Shown here: positions 63,878 through 64,000 of the stretch, piece by piece
Position numbering within the stretch: the first letter of the stretch is position 1
Layout: each line of letters starts with the position of its first letter
Source of the DNA: Octopus sinensis
Taxonomy: Eukaryota
Assembly: GCF_006345805.1 (NCBI RefSeq)
Contig: NC_043019.1
Coordinates: forward strand, 9,175,360 to 9,239,359
Reading direction: 5' to 3'
DNA: 64,000 bases
Made by a program: the position numbers and the translations under genes
The notes under the pieces: model-generated
What the model was told of the DNA's origin: nothing
The model's input: the letters and a program-made list of their open reading frames with translations, nothing else
Database searches by the model: none

Positions 63878-64000
63878 GTGCATGTATGTACGTACGTAGG
63901 TATGCAGGTATGTATAAGTATCTATATTAAATTTACAACATATATATATATATATTCCAGTAAAACAATATTATATTCACAGAATACGCCAGTGTTTCTG

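Overview
Eukaryotic, AT-rich, extremely repeat-dense DNA with no recognisable intact host gene, rRNA, true tRNA or CRISPR array. The SINE repertoire and microsatellite load resemble an Octopus (coleoid cephalopod) intergenic or intronic region; this is inferred from recalled repeat families, not from a search. Nearly all ORFs in the supplied track are microsatellite translations. Supported content: (i) four decayed mariner-type DNA transposons, one full-length with TIRs and a SINE inserted in its C-terminal coding region; (ii) at least five fragments of R4/Dong-like restriction-endonuclease LINEs whose ends repeatedly abut (AAT)n tracts; (iii) a CR1/L2-type 3' fragment and weaker RTE- and HERO-like remnants; (iv) about 25 tRNA-headed SINE copies in three families, labelled A, B and C here, including nested insertions with target-site duplications; (v) a Penelope-like GIY-YIG remnant and up to eight minimal type I hammerhead-ribozyme-like motifs, five to six of them sharing one extra nucleotide after CUGANGA. 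The best motif lies in a ~190-bp head-to-head inverted repeat at 62.8-63.3 kb. The hammerhead set and its link to (AAT)n tracts are the most interesting signals. All coordinates and alignments were read by eye.
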